DNA of 64,000 nucleotides from Sminthopsis crassicaudata (Eukaryota). Below the pieces are notes generated by a model. That model ran no database searches, had not been told where the DNA came from, and saw only the letters and a program-made list of their open reading frames with translations. The stretch lies in contig NC_133618.1 in the NCBI RefSeq assembly GCF_048593235.1, forward strand, positions 245,917,882 through 245,981,881, given 5' to 3'. Positions 62,813 through 64,000 of this stretch are shown here, piece by piece; the stretch's first letter is position 1; each line of letters starts with the position of its first letter. The position numbers were made by a program, and so were the translations under genes.

Positions 62813-63444
62813 ATGATCACATCCAGAGCCTCCAGGATGAACCTTCTGAAACTTCTGAAAACTATTGTTTGGCCATACATATGACAGAGACTTAATAAAT
62901 GATTGCTGAATGAAGCAATTAAACAACCCACATTCCTGGTTAAAGTATTTATATTTACATGAAAAATGAATTTCTAAGATTTTTCCCCCATTGGCAATCA
63001 TGTAATGAATCTGAAATTCTGTAGATTTTGGATGAAGGTCTAGTCTTAAGTTGTTTCCTTAGTTTGGAAGTTTCCTCACAGATCAACTATTCCAATTCAT
63101 AACTTTCATTCTCTCTAATTCATCTTGAAATACAACTTATTTTACTTATCATCTTCTTATACAACTTATTATCTTCACTAGTAGACTGCAAGATCCTGGA
63201 GAACTGGGACAATTTGCCCTCCCCCCCTCCCCCCTTTTCTTCATATCCACATTGCTTAACATAAAGCCTGGTACATAATAGGCACTTAGTAAATGCTTGT
63301 TTGATTTAACTCAGCAAGTAAAAGAGTCTTTGCTTAAAGTCCTCATGTGAAGAAGAACCCCAATTCTTGCAGCAACCCGTACCACTTTTGTATGGCTCTA
63401 GTTATGAGGAAACTTAAATTGCAAGATCCAAAGCAGGCGACATT

Positions 63445-63498
63445 TTACATAATCATTTCCAATTCAAACTGCTGAGTATAGCTCTCTTCATGTTCTAC
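63445..63498 (-). CDS. Candidate coding exon of an unidentified minus-strand gene, possibly terminal: VEHEESYTQQFELEMIM*
   Basis: 3' splice site aatTACTAACctgactttcttccatttatttacAG|G has a perfect branch point and a pyrimidine tract. Only phase 0 is open (the other frames stop at codon 1 or 3). Peptide not recognised. Confidence 0.4.
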   Translation of the reverse strand, partial: VEHEESYTQQFELEMIM

Positions 63499-64000
63499 CT
63501 GTAAATAAATGGAAGAAAGTCAGGTTAGTAATTTAGGGCAATGTTTTGACAATCTTTAGATTTTAGCTCTTTTCAAATGACATTTTCAAGCTGCAACAAA
63601 AATCTTTGGAGACCATTTATCCAATATAGTGAATCCAGATTTAATAAACTACAAAAAATGTCATCACAAAGACCATATGTAAAATGCATGCTTTCTGCAG
63701 AAAGTTGTAAAGTAGAAACTGAAATGTGCCGCTATTATAAGAAATTCAAGAAAAGTTCAACAAGATCTGGGAAAGTAGGACACTGTTTTTAAATACATTT
63801 GTTTGGCTTAAGGGGATAGGAAAGTGAACTGCTGCCTGCTTAGGGCAGATTGGCCAAAGAAAGAAGGTTGGATTAGAAAAACATAGCCTGGGGATGTTTA
63901 ATTAAATGCATAGGGAAGGCCTGGATTTTTTTTAAAAGCTTGAGGCTAGAACTGAATTGCAGATCAGGCCATATGCAGATCAGCTAAAGGAATTGTTGAT

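Noticed and set aside
63217-63236. C-rich tract (G4-like on minus)
   Set aside because: Simple-sequence expansion within an L2 tail; no independent support.
1-64000. CRISPR arrays, operons, rRNA/tRNA/snRNA genes, NUMT, endogenous non-retroviral virus ORFs, CpG-island promoter
   Set aside because: No spaced direct-repeat arrays, no long intact ORFs, no matches to remembered RNA gene or mitochondrial sequence, and CpG is depleted throughout. Highly decayed viral fossils cannot be excluded without tBLASTx.

Overview
AT-rich, CpG-poor, repeat-dense vertebrate genomic DNA with three assembly gaps (7173-7307, 12775-12926, 37703-38306). From recalled repeat consensus shapes (WSINE1-like and MAR1-like SINEs, WALLSI-like SINEs, 7SL-derived retroposons, L1 3' ends, L2, L3/CR1, MIR, hAT and mariner MITEs, a TGTTATGGG-type LTR), it is inferred to be marsupial, probably dasyurid (Tasmanian-devil-like), intronic or intergenic sequence. 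I recognise no complete protein-coding gene, tRNA, rRNA, CRISPR array or prokaryotic system. Most ORFs in the supplied track are artefacts of repeats, microsatellites or N-runs. The best non-repeat signals are: a minus-strand 3' splice site with a perfect TACTAAC branch point (candidate terminal coding exon, 63445-63498); a doubly open 230-bp locus holding a 57-aa signal-peptide-like sORF with a nearby AATAAA (30786-31050); a phase-compatible chain of minus-strand exon candidates (53027-42765); an RFX X-box (41224); a CTCF-like site (12420); a possible ancient non-LTR RT fossil (~54170-54600); and several well-resolved nested insertions with target-site duplications (TSDs). Family names come from memory, not from a database search. 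I found no evidence for a novel biological system beyond these low-to-moderate confidence leads.
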